A stretch of DNA of 64,000 nucleotides. It comes from an uncultured delta proteobacterium (GTDB taxonomy: Bacteria > Desulfobacterota > Desulfobacteria > Desulfobacterales > JAHEIW01). Below, one piece after another: positions 1 to 9,482 of this stretch. Numbering within the stretch: the first letter of the stretch is position 1; every line of letters begins with the position of its first letter. Both the position numbers and the translations under genes were made by a program. The notes under the pieces were generated by a model. The model saw only the letters and a program-made list of their open reading frames with translations, had not been told where the DNA came from and did no database searches. The DNA is taken from assembly GCA_963706575.1 (NCBI GenBank), contig CAVPNL010000004.1, forward strand, positions 320,001 to 384,000. Reading direction: 5' to 3'.

Positions 1-3000
1 TCCTGATTGTCAATATGAATTCCTCTAAAACGAATTCCACTATATGAATAGTCATCAGATCCGCATGCACCGACAACTGTGGTTCTCTCTCCTTCTGGGG
101 TGACTTTATGAACACAACCGCCATTCGCACCACCATACCAATTATAATATGCGGTATGATAAATATTACCCTGTGTATCTGCGGCTATATATCCATTGTA
201 ACCCCAGAACCCGGCGGCACCTGAATATGTTGTTACGATACCTTCGGTGTCCACTTTAAGGATGTAAGACCGCCAATTTTGATATCCCGGTAAATGGGAG
301 CTTAAAATATACAGATTGCCTTCAATATCCATGGCCAGAGAGCTGGGATTCGGAATTTTTGCCGAGGTTGCCAGTCCTCCCATTCCGCCAAAGAATTTGG
401 ATCCGCTACCATCGCCGGCATAGGTCTCAATAATTGCGGCATTGTTACTGGTGATTGTGCCGTCTCCCTTAAGAAGTATGTTCTGACTCAAAGGGCTAAT
501 CTGATGATGGGCGGATAATGTCCAGCCTTCGGCAAGACTGCCTTTTCCCATAAAAATGGGCATTTTGCGGTCATTCCAGATAATCACCTCTTGTCTGGTG
601 GGTACGGTTAAAGCGTCAGTTCCCGCCTGGCCAAAAGCCCTGCCCTCCGTATTTGGGGCAAAATATACCCCATAGTATACAAAGCCGATGCGAACATGAG
701 CGATTACTGAATCCTGGACAGGTCTGCCCAGATAATCAAGCCCATCCCACTCTATTTCGGCTATCTGATTGGGTTCAGGCGGCAGCTCAATTTCATATTT
801 TTTAGCGGCCACATAAGCTTCAATGATAATTTTAAGTAAACTCTCCGGCACGGTCTCACCACTTACCGGCACACTAATCACACCCGGTTTATAGCCTGTT
901 ACGCGACTGCTGGCGTAATGCAGGGTCATACCGGTGCCTGGAATAGGGATGTCTTCATGGAAAACACGGCTGCGCTGCTCAACAAATGAGGAGATGCATT
1001 GAATGTCGCCGCGCGACTGCCCTGCAGTTGTTCCGATAAAGTTTGAGTCCTGTTGGTCAACAACCATCGTTCCTTCTGCATTTGAGGCAATCGCATCTGC
1101 CGGCGGGCCGAAGGGCCAATTGCAGTCAAATGGGGTAAAATGATTCATCTGAACTCGCCAGAAGGTGTCGCCAGGAGCGTAGCGCTGACTGTCGCCAAGT
1201 CCCCTAATTTCACTGCTAAAGGAACCATCTCCGTCCAAATCATCGAGTGCGCCATCTCCATCAGCATCCAGCGCATCCACCATGCCATCGGCATCGGTGT
1301 CCAAAAGTTGAACCACTACACCGTTTTCAGATGGCACCCAGACCCCTTTATCGCGGTCGTAGTATCCCACCGGCACGATGGATCCGACTGGAAAACCCAA
1401 AAAATTATCGATAAAGGTTGTTACCGGCTTGTCGAAGCGCACGCGTTGGGCACCGTCAACGCTAAGTTCCGCACAGTAAGTAAAAGCTGAGTTTCGCGGC
1501 AGCCTGGCAGGCATGGCTTCCGGGATCTGATATTCGGTGGCGCGGGTGGTGATGGTGGTCAATTCCTGCACATCGTTGCCTTCCTCGTCTACCAGATAGG
1601 CCTTGTTGTCGCCGCTAAACACCATTGTCACAGCGCGTGTACCAGATTCATCGACGACATCTTCGCTCTTGTGGGTAATCACGGTATCGACATTGCCGTC
1701 AAAGGTCAGGGTGGTGGCTACCTCATCTTTGATGATCATGACAACGGTTTCGGCGACGGCATTATCGTTCCAGGGTACATACACTTTTCGCTGGGCAGGA
1801 ATCAGGCCCTGTTTTTGATAAACGACCGTAAGGGTTCCGCCGCCTTCAACGGGAATCGAAAACCGGCCCTGATCATTGGTCGAGACACTGCCGTATTCCG
1901 CATGGCTGTGAACGGTGATCATAACCCCCGGCAGAGGCTGTTGATTGATATTGTGCACCAATCCAGTGATCAGCGAAAACCGTTCAGGATCATATTGATC
2001 AACGGTGGCATCCTTCGGGACGAGATCCTCATACTGTTCACCATAGGACCCTTCGGGTTGAGGGTCGGGATTGCCTGTAACCTGAACGGTAACCTGAGCA
2101 TTGGCCGAGCCTGCCGGCCCGGTTACTGTTAGGGTATAAGTCGTTGAGCTCTGAGGAGAGACCAGGGTTGTTCCTTCCAAGGAGACAGAGCCGATGTCGT
2201 TGTCAATATGGGCGCTTTCCCCACGCATGGAACTCCAGCTCAATGTGCTGGATTGGCCCTGCTCAATTGGGGTCGGCGAAGCGTTAAAACTCACTGTCGG
2301 CGTCTGATTTTGAGAACCCAGCGAGATCGATAGATTAACCGCAGAATTTTCCACCACGGATGTTCCGGCTACCGGACTCTGGCTGATCACGGAACCTTCC
2401 TCCAAGGTTTCGCTGTGCTCGAAAATGATGGCGCCGACCACCAGCCCGGCTTCCAGAAGTTCAGCTTCAGCATCAGCCTGAAGCCATGCGACCACATCCG
2501 GTACGTTGACCATTCGCGGATTAGCGGTGATCACCACCTGATCGGCCGGGCTGTCAACCTCCCCATCGTTGACAATGAGCTTAACTTCATAGATGCCGGC
2601 AAGATCAGGCGTAAAAGTCGGATCCTCCGCAGAACCATCGGACAGAACAGCGGTACTTCCCTCCGGAACCTTGGTAAACGCCCAGCTAAAGCTCAAGGAA
2701 TCACCATCTACATCTGCTGAAGCGCTACCATTCAGCGCTACCGTGTTACCGACAAACACAGTCTGATCCGGTCCTGCCTGGGCCACCGGTGCGCTGTTTT
2801 CGATTGTCACCGTAACCTTGTCCGTTGCCGGGTCTCCTGTACCGGCGGCAGTTAACGTATATGTGGTGGTTTCTGCGGGTAAGACGGATGTTGATCCGCT
2901 TGGATCGACCGTGCCGATTTCCGGCCGGATTTCACAGGAATCGGCATTCTCCGTCTGCCAGCTTAAGGTGCTGGAAGCTCCTCTTTTAATTTTAGAAGGT

Positions 3001-3428
3001 TTGGCAGTAAACGCTATTATTTGGGGCGCTGGCCTTTTGTCTTCACCACGCTTTATTTGGATGGAGACTGAAGCCCCGGGATTGCCAATTAAAAAAACAA
3101 ATAGCCTGTTGGTGGTCTTTAGCGCAATGTGCTTTTCAAAGGCGATTTCGTCTCCAGCCTGAAAATCCCGTAAAAACGTAAATGAGCCGTTGAGCACAAA
3201 AAATCCGCGCCGAATTTCTTTTTGATGATCATTTTTCCTTATTTTAAGAATCCCCTCTCCGGCAGCATCAGCGCTGAAAGTATGCTGGGAAGCGCATAAA
3301 TGCCATTTACTTATGGTGAAATCTTTTTCAAATACAATCCCATCACCGGCATAAGCAGCATTGGAAAGGGTAATGATTAAGGAAAAGATAAAAAGAATGG
3401 TTACAAAGCAGCGGCCGTTTCTTGGCAT
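1..3428 (-). CDS. Bacterial teneurin-like (NHL/YD-repeat-type) large secreted protein, 3' end outside window (>=1142 aa)
   Basis: Translated by hand; absent from the ORF track because no stop falls in the window. GGAGG RBS, then ATG at 3428 and a signal peptide (MPRNGRCFVTILFIFSLIITLSNAAYA). Then Ig/PKD-like domains (PVAQAGPDQTV), a PASTA-like domain (VNVPDVV...VISQSPVAGTSV), a carboxypeptidase-regulatory-like domain and DxDxDG repeats. Teneurin-type motifs follow: IPGTGMTLHYASSR, WDGLDYLGR, GWTLSAHH...ILLKGDG, then NHL-like sequence. Confidence 0.8.
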   Translation of the reverse strand, partial: MPRNGRCFVTILFIFSLIITLSNAAYAGDGIVFEKDFTISKWHLCASQHTFSADAAGEGILKIRKNDHQKEIRRGFFVLNGSFTFLRDFQAGDEIAFEKHIALKTTNRLFVFLIGNPGASVSIQIKRGEDKRPAPQIIAFTAKPSKIKRGASSTLSWQTENADSCEIRPEIGTVDPSGSTSVLPAETTTYTLTAAGTGDPATDKVTVTIENSAPVAQAGPDQTVFVGNTVALNGSASADVDGDSLSFSWAFTKVPEGSTAVLSDGSAEDPTFTPDLAGIYEVKLIVNDGEVDSPADQVVITANPRMVNVPDVVAWLQADAEAELLEAGLVVGAIIFEHSETLEEGSVISQSPVAGTSVVENSAVNLSISLGSQNQTPTVSFNASPTPIEQGQSSTLSWSSMRGESAHIDNDIGSVSLEGTTLVSPQSSTTYTLTVTGPAGSANAQVTVQVTGNPDPQPEGSYGEQYEDLVPKDATVDQYDPERFSLITGLVHNINQQPLPGVMITVHSHAEYGSVSTNDQGRFSIPVEGGGTLTVVYQKQGLIPAQRKVYVPWNDNAVAETVVMIIKDEVATTLTFDGNVDTVITHKSEDVVDESGTRAVTMVFSGDNKAYLVDEEGNDVQELTTITTRATEYQIPEAMPARLPRNSAFTYCAELSVDGAQRVRFDKPVTTFIDNFLGFPVGSIVPVGYYDRDKGVWVPSENGVVVQLLDTDADGMVDALDADGDGALDDLDGDGSFSSEIRGLGDSQRYAPGDTFWRVQMNHFTPFDCNWPFGPPADAIASNAEGTMVVDQQDSNFIGTTAGQSRGDIQCISSFVEQRSRVFHEDIPIPGTGMTLHYASSRVTGYKPGVISVPVSGETVPESLLKIIIEAYVAAKKYEIELPPEPNQIAEIEWDGLDYLGRPVQDSVIAHVRIGFVYYGVYFAPNTEGRAFGQAGTDALTVPTRQEVIIWNDRKMPIFMGKGSLAEGWTLSAHHQISPLSQNILLKGDGTITSNNAAIIETYAGDGSGSKFFGGMGGLATSAKIPNPSSLAMDIEGNLYILSSHLPGYQNWRSYILKVDTEGIVTTYSGAAGFWGYNGYIAADTQGNIYHTAYYNWYGGANGGCVHKVTPEGERTTVVGACGSDDYSYSGIRFRGIHIDNQ

Positions 3429-3600
3429 AACATTTCCTCCATTCATTCAGGTTTCTCAACCAGTAGAAAATGCCAGAGCATTTCGGCAGAGAAACAAATA
3501 AATTTTGAAAATAATTATGAAGACATTAAACGTGGCGGGAAAAACGCTAAAGTTCTAGCAGAATACACACGGATAGTCAATAATAATTTATAATATTATC

Positions 3601-3663
3601 AAGTATTTACGTAATTTTACGGCATTTGACAGTACTTTACAGTATTTGTCAGCATTTGACAGT
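3601..3663. repeat. Six degenerate 10-bp direct repeats upstream of the teneurin-like gene
   Basis: aagtatttac/gtaattttac/ggcatttgac/agtactttac/agtatttgtc/agcatttgac. Confidence 0.6.
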
Positions 3664-3809
3664 TCGGTTAAGATTTTCACCACAGGGAGGGCTGAGGGTA
3701 CAGAGTTAAAACAACATTCTATAATGCAAAAATAAAATGAAAAGCGGTAAGGTGAAAGGCTGTAAATTTGCGGCCAACTGAGTTGCTTATCAGCACTGCA
3801 AAGGGTAGG

Positions 3810-3870
3810 AAAAAAATCGCCGCCGGGGTGCCGAGCATCGAGACTTTTCGGCACCGCCGGCGGCGATTTG
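3810..3870 (-). terminator. Rho-independent terminator of the rubrerythrin unit
   Basis: Long GC hairpin (aaatcgccgccgg...ccggcggcgattt) followed by a T run on the minus strand. Confidence 0.75.
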
Positions 3871-3900
3871 CGTTGTTGGGCGTGTTTTTGAATTTTTGGT

Positions 3901-4110
3901 CTAGCTGTTTTTCAATTCCTGAAATTTGTCGTGCCAGGAGCATTTTTCGCAGAAGACTTCGGTGTCGCTCTTTACTTCCGGGCTGTCGGATTCGTCGGCC
4001 TCCGAGTTGTAGACGATGGTGGCGTCCTTCAGCTCGAACTCGAAGGTTTCGTATTCGTCATCCGGGTCTTTGACGAAAAAATTCAGGCTGCCGCATACGG
4101 GGCATTTCAT
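3901..4110 (-). CDS. Small zinc-ribbon-like protein (CxxC...CxxC)
   Basis: MKCPVCG...FCEKCSW, downstream of rubrerythrin; upstream part of the track ORF is repeat-derived. Confidence 0.7.
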   Translation of the reverse strand: MKCPVCGSLNFFVKDPDDEYETFEFELKDATIVYNSEADESDSPEVKSDTEVFCEKCSWHDKFQELKNS

Positions 4111-4123
4111 TTTCAAATAATCC

Positions 4124-4222
4124 AGTGTTTGATTATTAGTGTTTAGTTTTTGGTGTTTGGTGTTTAGTGTGCACAACTGTCAGCTTGGCTAACAAAACAC
4201 GAAATACGACACACTAAACACT
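4124..4222. repeat. Inverted array of degenerate heptamers (GTGTTTA/TAAACAC)
   Basis: agtgtttagtttttggtgtttggtgtttagtg ... aacaaaacacgaaatacgacacactaaacact; similar element at 25137-25235. Confidence 0.6.
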
Positions 4223-4250
4223 TGAAGAATTTTTATAAAATTCTTCAACC

Positions 4251-4745
4251 TTAATCGACTTTGAAAAACGCCGTCTTTTTAGCCTTGCAGACCGGGCATT
4301 CATCCGGGGCTTCGTTTTCACAGGTGTAGCCGCAGACATTGCAAACATAATAATCGGCTGCTGCCATGCCGTCCATATTGGCCAGGGCATTCTCGTACAG
4401 GTTGGCGTGCACTTGCTCAACGGCGTTGGCATACTCAAAGCTGCGCAAAGCGGCTTTGTTATCTTCGGCTTTGGCGTCTTCGATCATTTCCGGATACATG
4501 CTTTTGAATTCGTGGGTTTCACCGGCAATCGCTTCTTTAAGGTTGTCGGCGGTGCTGCCGACGCCTTTTAAGGTCCGCAAATGGGCATGGGCATGCACGG
4601 TTTCGGCGGCCGCAGCCGCACGGAAAAGCCTGGCCACCTGGGCGTAGCCTTCTTTATCCGCCTTTTTGGCGAAGGCGAGATATTTACGGTTGGCCTGGGA
4701 CTCACCTGCAAACGCGTCTTGTAAATTTTGCTCGGACTTACTCAT
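4251..4745 (-). CDS. rbr: Rubrerythrin
   Basis: AFAGESQANRKY, ExxH diiron motifs, C-terminal CxxC...CxxC rubredoxin domain; AGGAGG RBS. Confidence 0.95.
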   Translation of the reverse strand: MSKSEQNLQDAFAGESQANRKYLAFAKKADKEGYAQVARLFRAAAAAETVHAHAHLRTLKGVGSTADNLKEAIAGETHEFKSMYPEMIEDAKAEDNKAALRSFEYANAVEQVHANLYENALANMDGMAAADYYVCNVCGYTCENEAPDECPVCKAKKTAFFKVD

Positions 4746-4798
4746 ACAATTCCTCCTTTTAGTTTTTTTGTTAGATTAACTTCTCTGCCACATTTAAT

Positions 4799-4872
4799 TC
4801 CCCCTCACCCTATCCCTCTCCCTCAGGGAGAGGGAATTGGTGGGGACCGGCCCTCTCCCTCGGGGAGAGGGA
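4799..4872. repeat. REP-like CCCTCTCCCnnnGGGAGAGGG palindromes (two)
   Basis: ccctctccctcagggagaggg and ccctctccctcggggagaggg. Confidence 0.65.
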
Positions 4873-4937
4873 ACTGGCTGGCACTTCACGGTGTGCGGCA
4901 TGGATATCGAAAAATTTGTATCAGGTTTAGTGCTAAA

Positions 4938-4953
4938 ACAAGTTTTATGCCAA
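4938..4953 (-). promoter_or_regulatory. Putative sigma54 (-24/-12) promoter of rubrerythrin
   Basis: TTGGCAT-AAAAC-TTGT on the minus strand (-12 imperfect); palindromic candidate enhancers at 5062-5078 and 5175-5192. Confidence 0.5.
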
Positions 4954-5209
4954 AAAAGGTGAAACAATTAAATGAAGCTGATACTGATTTAATATCAGGC
5001 AGTTATACTATTTCCGATCTGTATTGCGTTAGCTATTCCGACCGCCGGAGTTGCCCCTTCATGAGACAGTATGTCTCAGCTCCTCCGTTACCGACCGGGA
5101 TTTGATCCGTGAAGCGTCGGCTGAAAACAATCGCCCAAAGCCGCCTGCCGGCTCAGATGTTCCCGGCATCTTTATGAGTCACAAGTGTCTCACGAAACAC
5201 GAATCATCT

Positions 5210-7957
5210 TTATTGATCCTTTGATATGCGGCCCTGCAAGGCCGCATGAGCTGCCGCCAGCCGGGCGATGGGCACTCTAAACGGTGAGCAGGACACGTAG
5301 GTCAGCCCCAGCTCATGACACAGCAGAATGGATTCGGGATCGCCGCCGTGCTCTCCGCAAATGCCGCATTCCAGATCCGGATTGACACTGCGGCCCTTGG
5401 TCACAGCAATCCGCATCAGTTCCCCCACACCGTTCGGATCGATGACAGCAAAGGGGTTGTCCGGCAGAACACCGGCAGAGATATATTGCATCAAAAATCC
5501 GGCTTCCGCGTCGTCGCGCGATATGCCGAAGGTGGTCTGGGTCAGGTCGTTGGTTCCAAATGAAAAGAATTGGGCATATTCGGCGATCTCATCCGCGGTT
5601 ATGGCTGCCCGCGGAATTTCAATCATGGTGCCGAATTTATAATCAATTTCAATGCCCTGCTCATCCATCACCTTTTTGGCCTCGGTTTCCAGGGCCTTTC
5701 GCTGAATCTTCAGCTCGTTGACATGGCTGGTCAGCGGAATCATGACTTCCGGATGGACAACCACATCTTCTTTGGAGACCGCACAGGCGGCCTCAAAAAT
5801 GGCCCGCACCTGCATGGTGGTGAGTTCCGGGATCTGGATTCCCAGTCGTACCCCCCGAAGACCCAGCATCGGATTGGCTTCATGAAGACTTTCAACCCTT
5901 TTGAGGATACTCTGTTTCATGCGGATCTGCTCCAGCAGGTCATCGACCTGAGCCAGGTTGGCGGCTTTCTGCAGCCGAATCTTCAGATCGGAAAGCTCAT
6001 ACATGAGGTCAAAGCGATTCGGCAAGAATTCATGCAGCGGCGGGTCGATCAATCGGATGATCACCGGCAGCCCGTCCATAGCCCGAAAAATCCCAATAAA
6101 ATCCTCGCGCTGTAAGGGCAAAATCGCAGCCAGGGCCTCAAGACGTTCACGGGGCAGATCGGTCATGATCATTTTCTGGACGTGCGGCAGGCGCTCGGAC
6201 TCGAAAAACATGTGCTCGGTGCGGCAAAGCCCGATGCCCTGCGCGCCGTATTCCCGCGCCCGCTCGGCATCCTTGGGGTAATCCGCATTGGCCCAGACCC
6301 CCAGGCGGCGGAACTCATCGGCCCAGGATAAAAGCTTGATCAGCCAGGGGTCCTTGATATCGGGCACCATGGTCTCGAGCTTGCCCAGATAGACCTCGCC
6401 GGCCGTTCCGTCAATCGAGATCCAATCGCCTTCTTTGATTTGCTGGTTGCCCACCTGCATGCGGCGGTTGGCCAGATCGATTTCAAGCGATGAGACCCCG
6501 ACGACCGCCGGCGTGCCGAACTGCCGGGCCACCAGGGCGGCATGACTGGTGCGCCCGCCGCGGCTGGTTAAAATCCCCTCGGCCGCCAGCATGCCATGCA
6601 CATCGTCGGGCTTGGTTTCGGGCCGCACCATGATCACATCCTTGCCCTGCTCTTTGGCCCACAGTTCGGCGCGATCGGCATCGAAGGCCACAATACCGAC
6701 CGCAGCTCCCGGCGACACATTAAGTCCTGTGGCTAAAAAGGCCCCGGAGTTCCGGGCCTTCTGCTTGGCCTGAACATCAAACTGGGGGTGCAAAAAGAAA
6801 TCGACCTGCTCCGGGCTTACCCGCAGCACCGCTTCTTCTTTGGTAATCAATCCCTCCTCGACCATATCCACGGCAATCCGCACGGCTGCCTGGGCGGTGC
6901 GCTTGCCGTCGCGGGTTTGCAGCATCCAGAGCCTGGCGTTTTCGACGGTGAATTCGACATCCTGCATATCGCGATAATGCGTTTCCAGGTTCTGACAGAT
7001 CTGCTCGAATTCGGCATAGGCTTGCGGCAGTTCCTTTTTTAATTCTTTAATATCATTGGTCAGGCGAATGCCGGCCACCACATCTTCACCCTGGGCATTC
7101 ATGAGGTAATCGCCTTCGATCTGTTTTTCGCCGGTAGAGGCATTGCGGGTCATGGCTACACCGGTGGCACTATCGTCTCCCATGTTACCGAAAATCATGG
7201 TTTGAATATTCACAGCAGTGCCCAGATCATGGGCAATGCCGGCGGCATTGCGATAATCGACAGCGCGCTTGCCGTTCCAGCTTTTAAAAACCGCTTCGGT
7301 CGCCTTTCGCAACTGAACCAGCGGGTCGGTTGGAAAATCGCGATGCGTATGATGTTTGTATATCTTTTTGAACCCGGCGGTGACCTTCTGCCAGTCGTCG
7401 GCGGTTAATTCGGCATCGCTGTTTACGCCCGCTTTCCGGCGGGTGCGGGTAATCACTTCTTCAAAAGGTTCGTCAGAAATTCCCATAACCACGCTGCCAA
7501 ACATCTGAATGAGACGGCGGTAAAGATCATACACAAAACGCTCATCGCCGGTTAATTTGATCATACCTTTGGCCGTATCATCGTTGAGGCCGATATTGAG
7601 AACCGTATCCATCATACCGGGCATGGAAAACTTCCCACCGGAACGACAGGAAACCAGTAGAGGATTCTTTTTATCTCCAAATGTCTTCCCTGTAGCGGAT
7701 TCAACCGCTTTGAGCGCCTCCAATGCATGCTCCCACATTCCCTCCGCAAAGGTTTCACCGGCCGCCAGATAAGCATTGCATGCCTCGGTGGTCAACGTAA
7801 AACCCGGCGGGACCGGTACTTTCAGACGGGTCATTTCTGCCAGGTTGGCGCCTTTTCCGCCTAAAAGCCCGCGAACCGCCTCCCAATCACCGCCGACATA
7901 TTTTTCGGCCTGATCCACTTCATTAAAAAGATAAACCCATTTGCTTTTGCTGCTCAT
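5210..7957 (-). CDS. ppdK: Pyruvate, phosphate dikinase
   Basis: LLGGKGANLAEM, SMPGMMDT, GGRTSHAA phospho-His, GIGLCRTEHMF, FSFGTNDLTQ, GICGEHGG; start placed at MSSKSK after a G-rich RBS. Confidence 0.97.
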   Translation of the reverse strand: MSSKSKWVYLFNEVDQAEKYVGGDWEAVRGLLGGKGANLAEMTRLKVPVPPGFTLTTEACNAYLAAGETFAEGMWEHALEALKAVESATGKTFGDKKNPLLVSCRSGGKFSMPGMMDTVLNIGLNDDTAKGMIKLTGDERFVYDLYRRLIQMFGSVVMGISDEPFEEVITRTRRKAGVNSDAELTADDWQKVTAGFKKIYKHHTHRDFPTDPLVQLRKATEAVFKSWNGKRAVDYRNAAGIAHDLGTAVNIQTMIFGNMGDDSATGVAMTRNASTGEKQIEGDYLMNAQGEDVVAGIRLTNDIKELKKELPQAYAEFEQICQNLETHYRDMQDVEFTVENARLWMLQTRDGKRTAQAAVRIAVDMVEEGLITKEEAVLRVSPEQVDFFLHPQFDVQAKQKARNSGAFLATGLNVSPGAAVGIVAFDADRAELWAKEQGKDVIMVRPETKPDDVHGMLAAEGILTSRGGRTSHAALVARQFGTPAVVGVSSLEIDLANRRMQVGNQQIKEGDWISIDGTAGEVYLGKLETMVPDIKDPWLIKLLSWADEFRRLGVWANADYPKDAERAREYGAQGIGLCRTEHMFFESERLPHVQKMIMTDLPRERLEALAAILPLQREDFIGIFRAMDGLPVIIRLIDPPLHEFLPNRFDLMYELSDLKIRLQKAANLAQVDDLLEQIRMKQSILKRVESLHEANPMLGLRGVRLGIQIPELTTMQVRAIFEAACAVSKEDVVVHPEVMIPLTSHVNELKIQRKALETEAKKVMDEQGIEIDYKFGTMIEIPRAAITADEIAEYAQFFSFGTNDLTQTTFGISRDDAEAGFLMQYISAGVLPDNPFAVIDPNGVGELMRIAVTKGRSVNPDLECGICGEHGGDPESILLCHELGLTYVSCSPFRVPIARLAAAHAALQGRISKDQ

Positions 7958-8480
7958 CGTTACACCCCCCCTGAAGAAGTGTGAGTCGGCATAGCGCTCA
8001 ATCCCACATTTGAATGGTTGTTGCCAGGTACCGGGCAAAGCGATTTCCCGGTGTGTCTGTGCCAAAAGTTTCTGATGCAGATCGAAGAGTGCTGGATGCT
8101 GGTTTTAGACCGGGCAAATTCGAGCAGATAGATTCCGCGCAGGAGGGCAAGTGGTGATCGGAAGCAGTCGCAAAAGGTTCCATCTGCTTCAACAAGTTTA
8201 AATTCGATTCAAGCCGCCAACATCCTATCCGATAAAAGCCTGTAACCCCGGTTGAAGTCAAGTATTTTCTTGGCATATAATTCCGTTACACGGATAGCCA
8301 AACTGCTGCAATACTTGATCCGGCTTCATTTGGGTATTATTTTAAAATAATTGGATTCAATGACGTTGTATTTACCACAGAGAACACGGGGGACACAGAG
8401 AATAGATTTTTAATCAAAAAAGCGCTTGTCTTTGTGGGCTCTGTGGTTAGACCTAAAATCATCTATTTTGGAGCGAAACT

Positions 8481-8741
8481 ATGGAGAACTGGGAAAAACT
8501 ACTTTCATGTGCAGAAGAATGCAGCCGGTGCAACAAATCTTTAGAGACCCAAGACCGCAGAATCCTATCGGTCTTCGATCACCAGCCGATTTGTTCGGAT
8601 TGCAAAAAAGAAGAAGAAAAGCGCTCCGACTACGAGGATGCCTCCCGGCAAATGATGGCCGAGTGCATCGCAGAAACCGGCAAACCCTACGGCGATCCGG
8701 CCAGCTATTGCTTCCACCACTTTTGCCCGTTTAAGTGCTAA
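8481..8741 (+). CDS. Small Cys-rich hypothetical protein
   Basis: GGAG RBS; CSRC and CSDC motifs, C-terminal CFHHFCPFKC. Confidence 0.7.
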   Translation: MENWEKLLSCAEECSRCNKSLETQDRRILSVFDHQPICSDCKKEEEKRSDYEDASRQMMAECIAETGKPYGDPASYCFHHFCPFKC

Positions 8742-8802
8742 TTACAGCCAGGATTTCCAACTTCTAATATAAAAGCCGCAAGAACGGGGCAGGAAGATTC
8801 CC

Positions 8803-9155
8803 ATGGCCGCAGACAACAGTTACAAAGAACTCCTGAAGAAAGTTAAAGCCCTGGAGGAAGAGGCTGCTACCCGCAAAAAAGCAGAAGCACGCCTGAAAAA
8901 GAGCGCGAGGCGCTGATCGATAATCTCAAAAAATCCCTTGCCAAGGTCAGAAAATTAAGCGGCCTCCTTCCCATCTGCGCATCGTGTAAAAAAATCCGGG
9001 ACGACAAAGGATACTGGAATCAAATCGAGGCCTACATCCGCGATCATTCGGAAGCCGAATTCAGCCACGGCATCTGTCCGGAATGCTCCCGGGAACTTTA
9101 TCCGGAATATCATCGAAAAGAATCCGACAAAATGGCAAAATCAAACAAAAATTGA
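8803..9155 (+). pseudogene. Frameshifted or collapsed sensor-type protein with LPICASCKKIRDD...FSHGICPEC C-terminal domain
   Basis: Frame 1 reads MAADNSYKELLKKVKALEEE...RKKAEARL and stops at 8916; the -1 frame continues EKEREALIDNL...LPICASCKKIRDDKGYWNQIEAY...FSHGICPEC to TGA 9155. Confidence 0.7.
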
Positions 9156-9345
9156 TACATCCGGTTATGTACCTACCAGCATTAAGCTTCCGAGAAATCA
9201 GCCGCTTTTAAATCCACACCGACCGCCTGCGCCTTGACACTGTACTCTATCATCAGGCGCTTAAGGGCTAATTGTTTCTTAAAGATCAATTGCTTGACAA
9301 AGGCCAAACATTTCTCATACAAAAAGCCATGCAATAACGATCGAT

Positions 9346-9432
9346 AGGCTTGAAAGCCAGGAGGCTTGGAAGCCAGAAAGCTATAAAGTTTTTTCGCCTC
9401 AAAGCCTTATAGCTTTCCAGCCTCCCAGCCTT
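9346..9432. repeat. Inverted array of degenerate 8-mers (AGGCTTGA/AAGCCAGG)
   Basis: aggcttgaaagccaggaggcttggaagccagaaagctataaag...ttatagctttccagcctcccagcctt. Confidence 0.6.
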
Positions 9433-9482
9433 TTGCCCGTTTTTTACTTTTGTAATGAATACATCATTTGAGAGGTAACCAT

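Noticed and set aside
926..3162. Short ORFs on either strand in the ORF track
   Set aside because: Shadows of the long minus-strand teneurin-like frame.
5035..5170. Structured ncRNA or riboswitch upstream of rbr
   Set aside because: No recognisable family; the palindromes are better explained as DNA enhancer sites.
8045..8068. Sigma54 promoter for ppdK (TTTTGGCAC)
   Set aside because: No -12 TTGC element at the required spacing.
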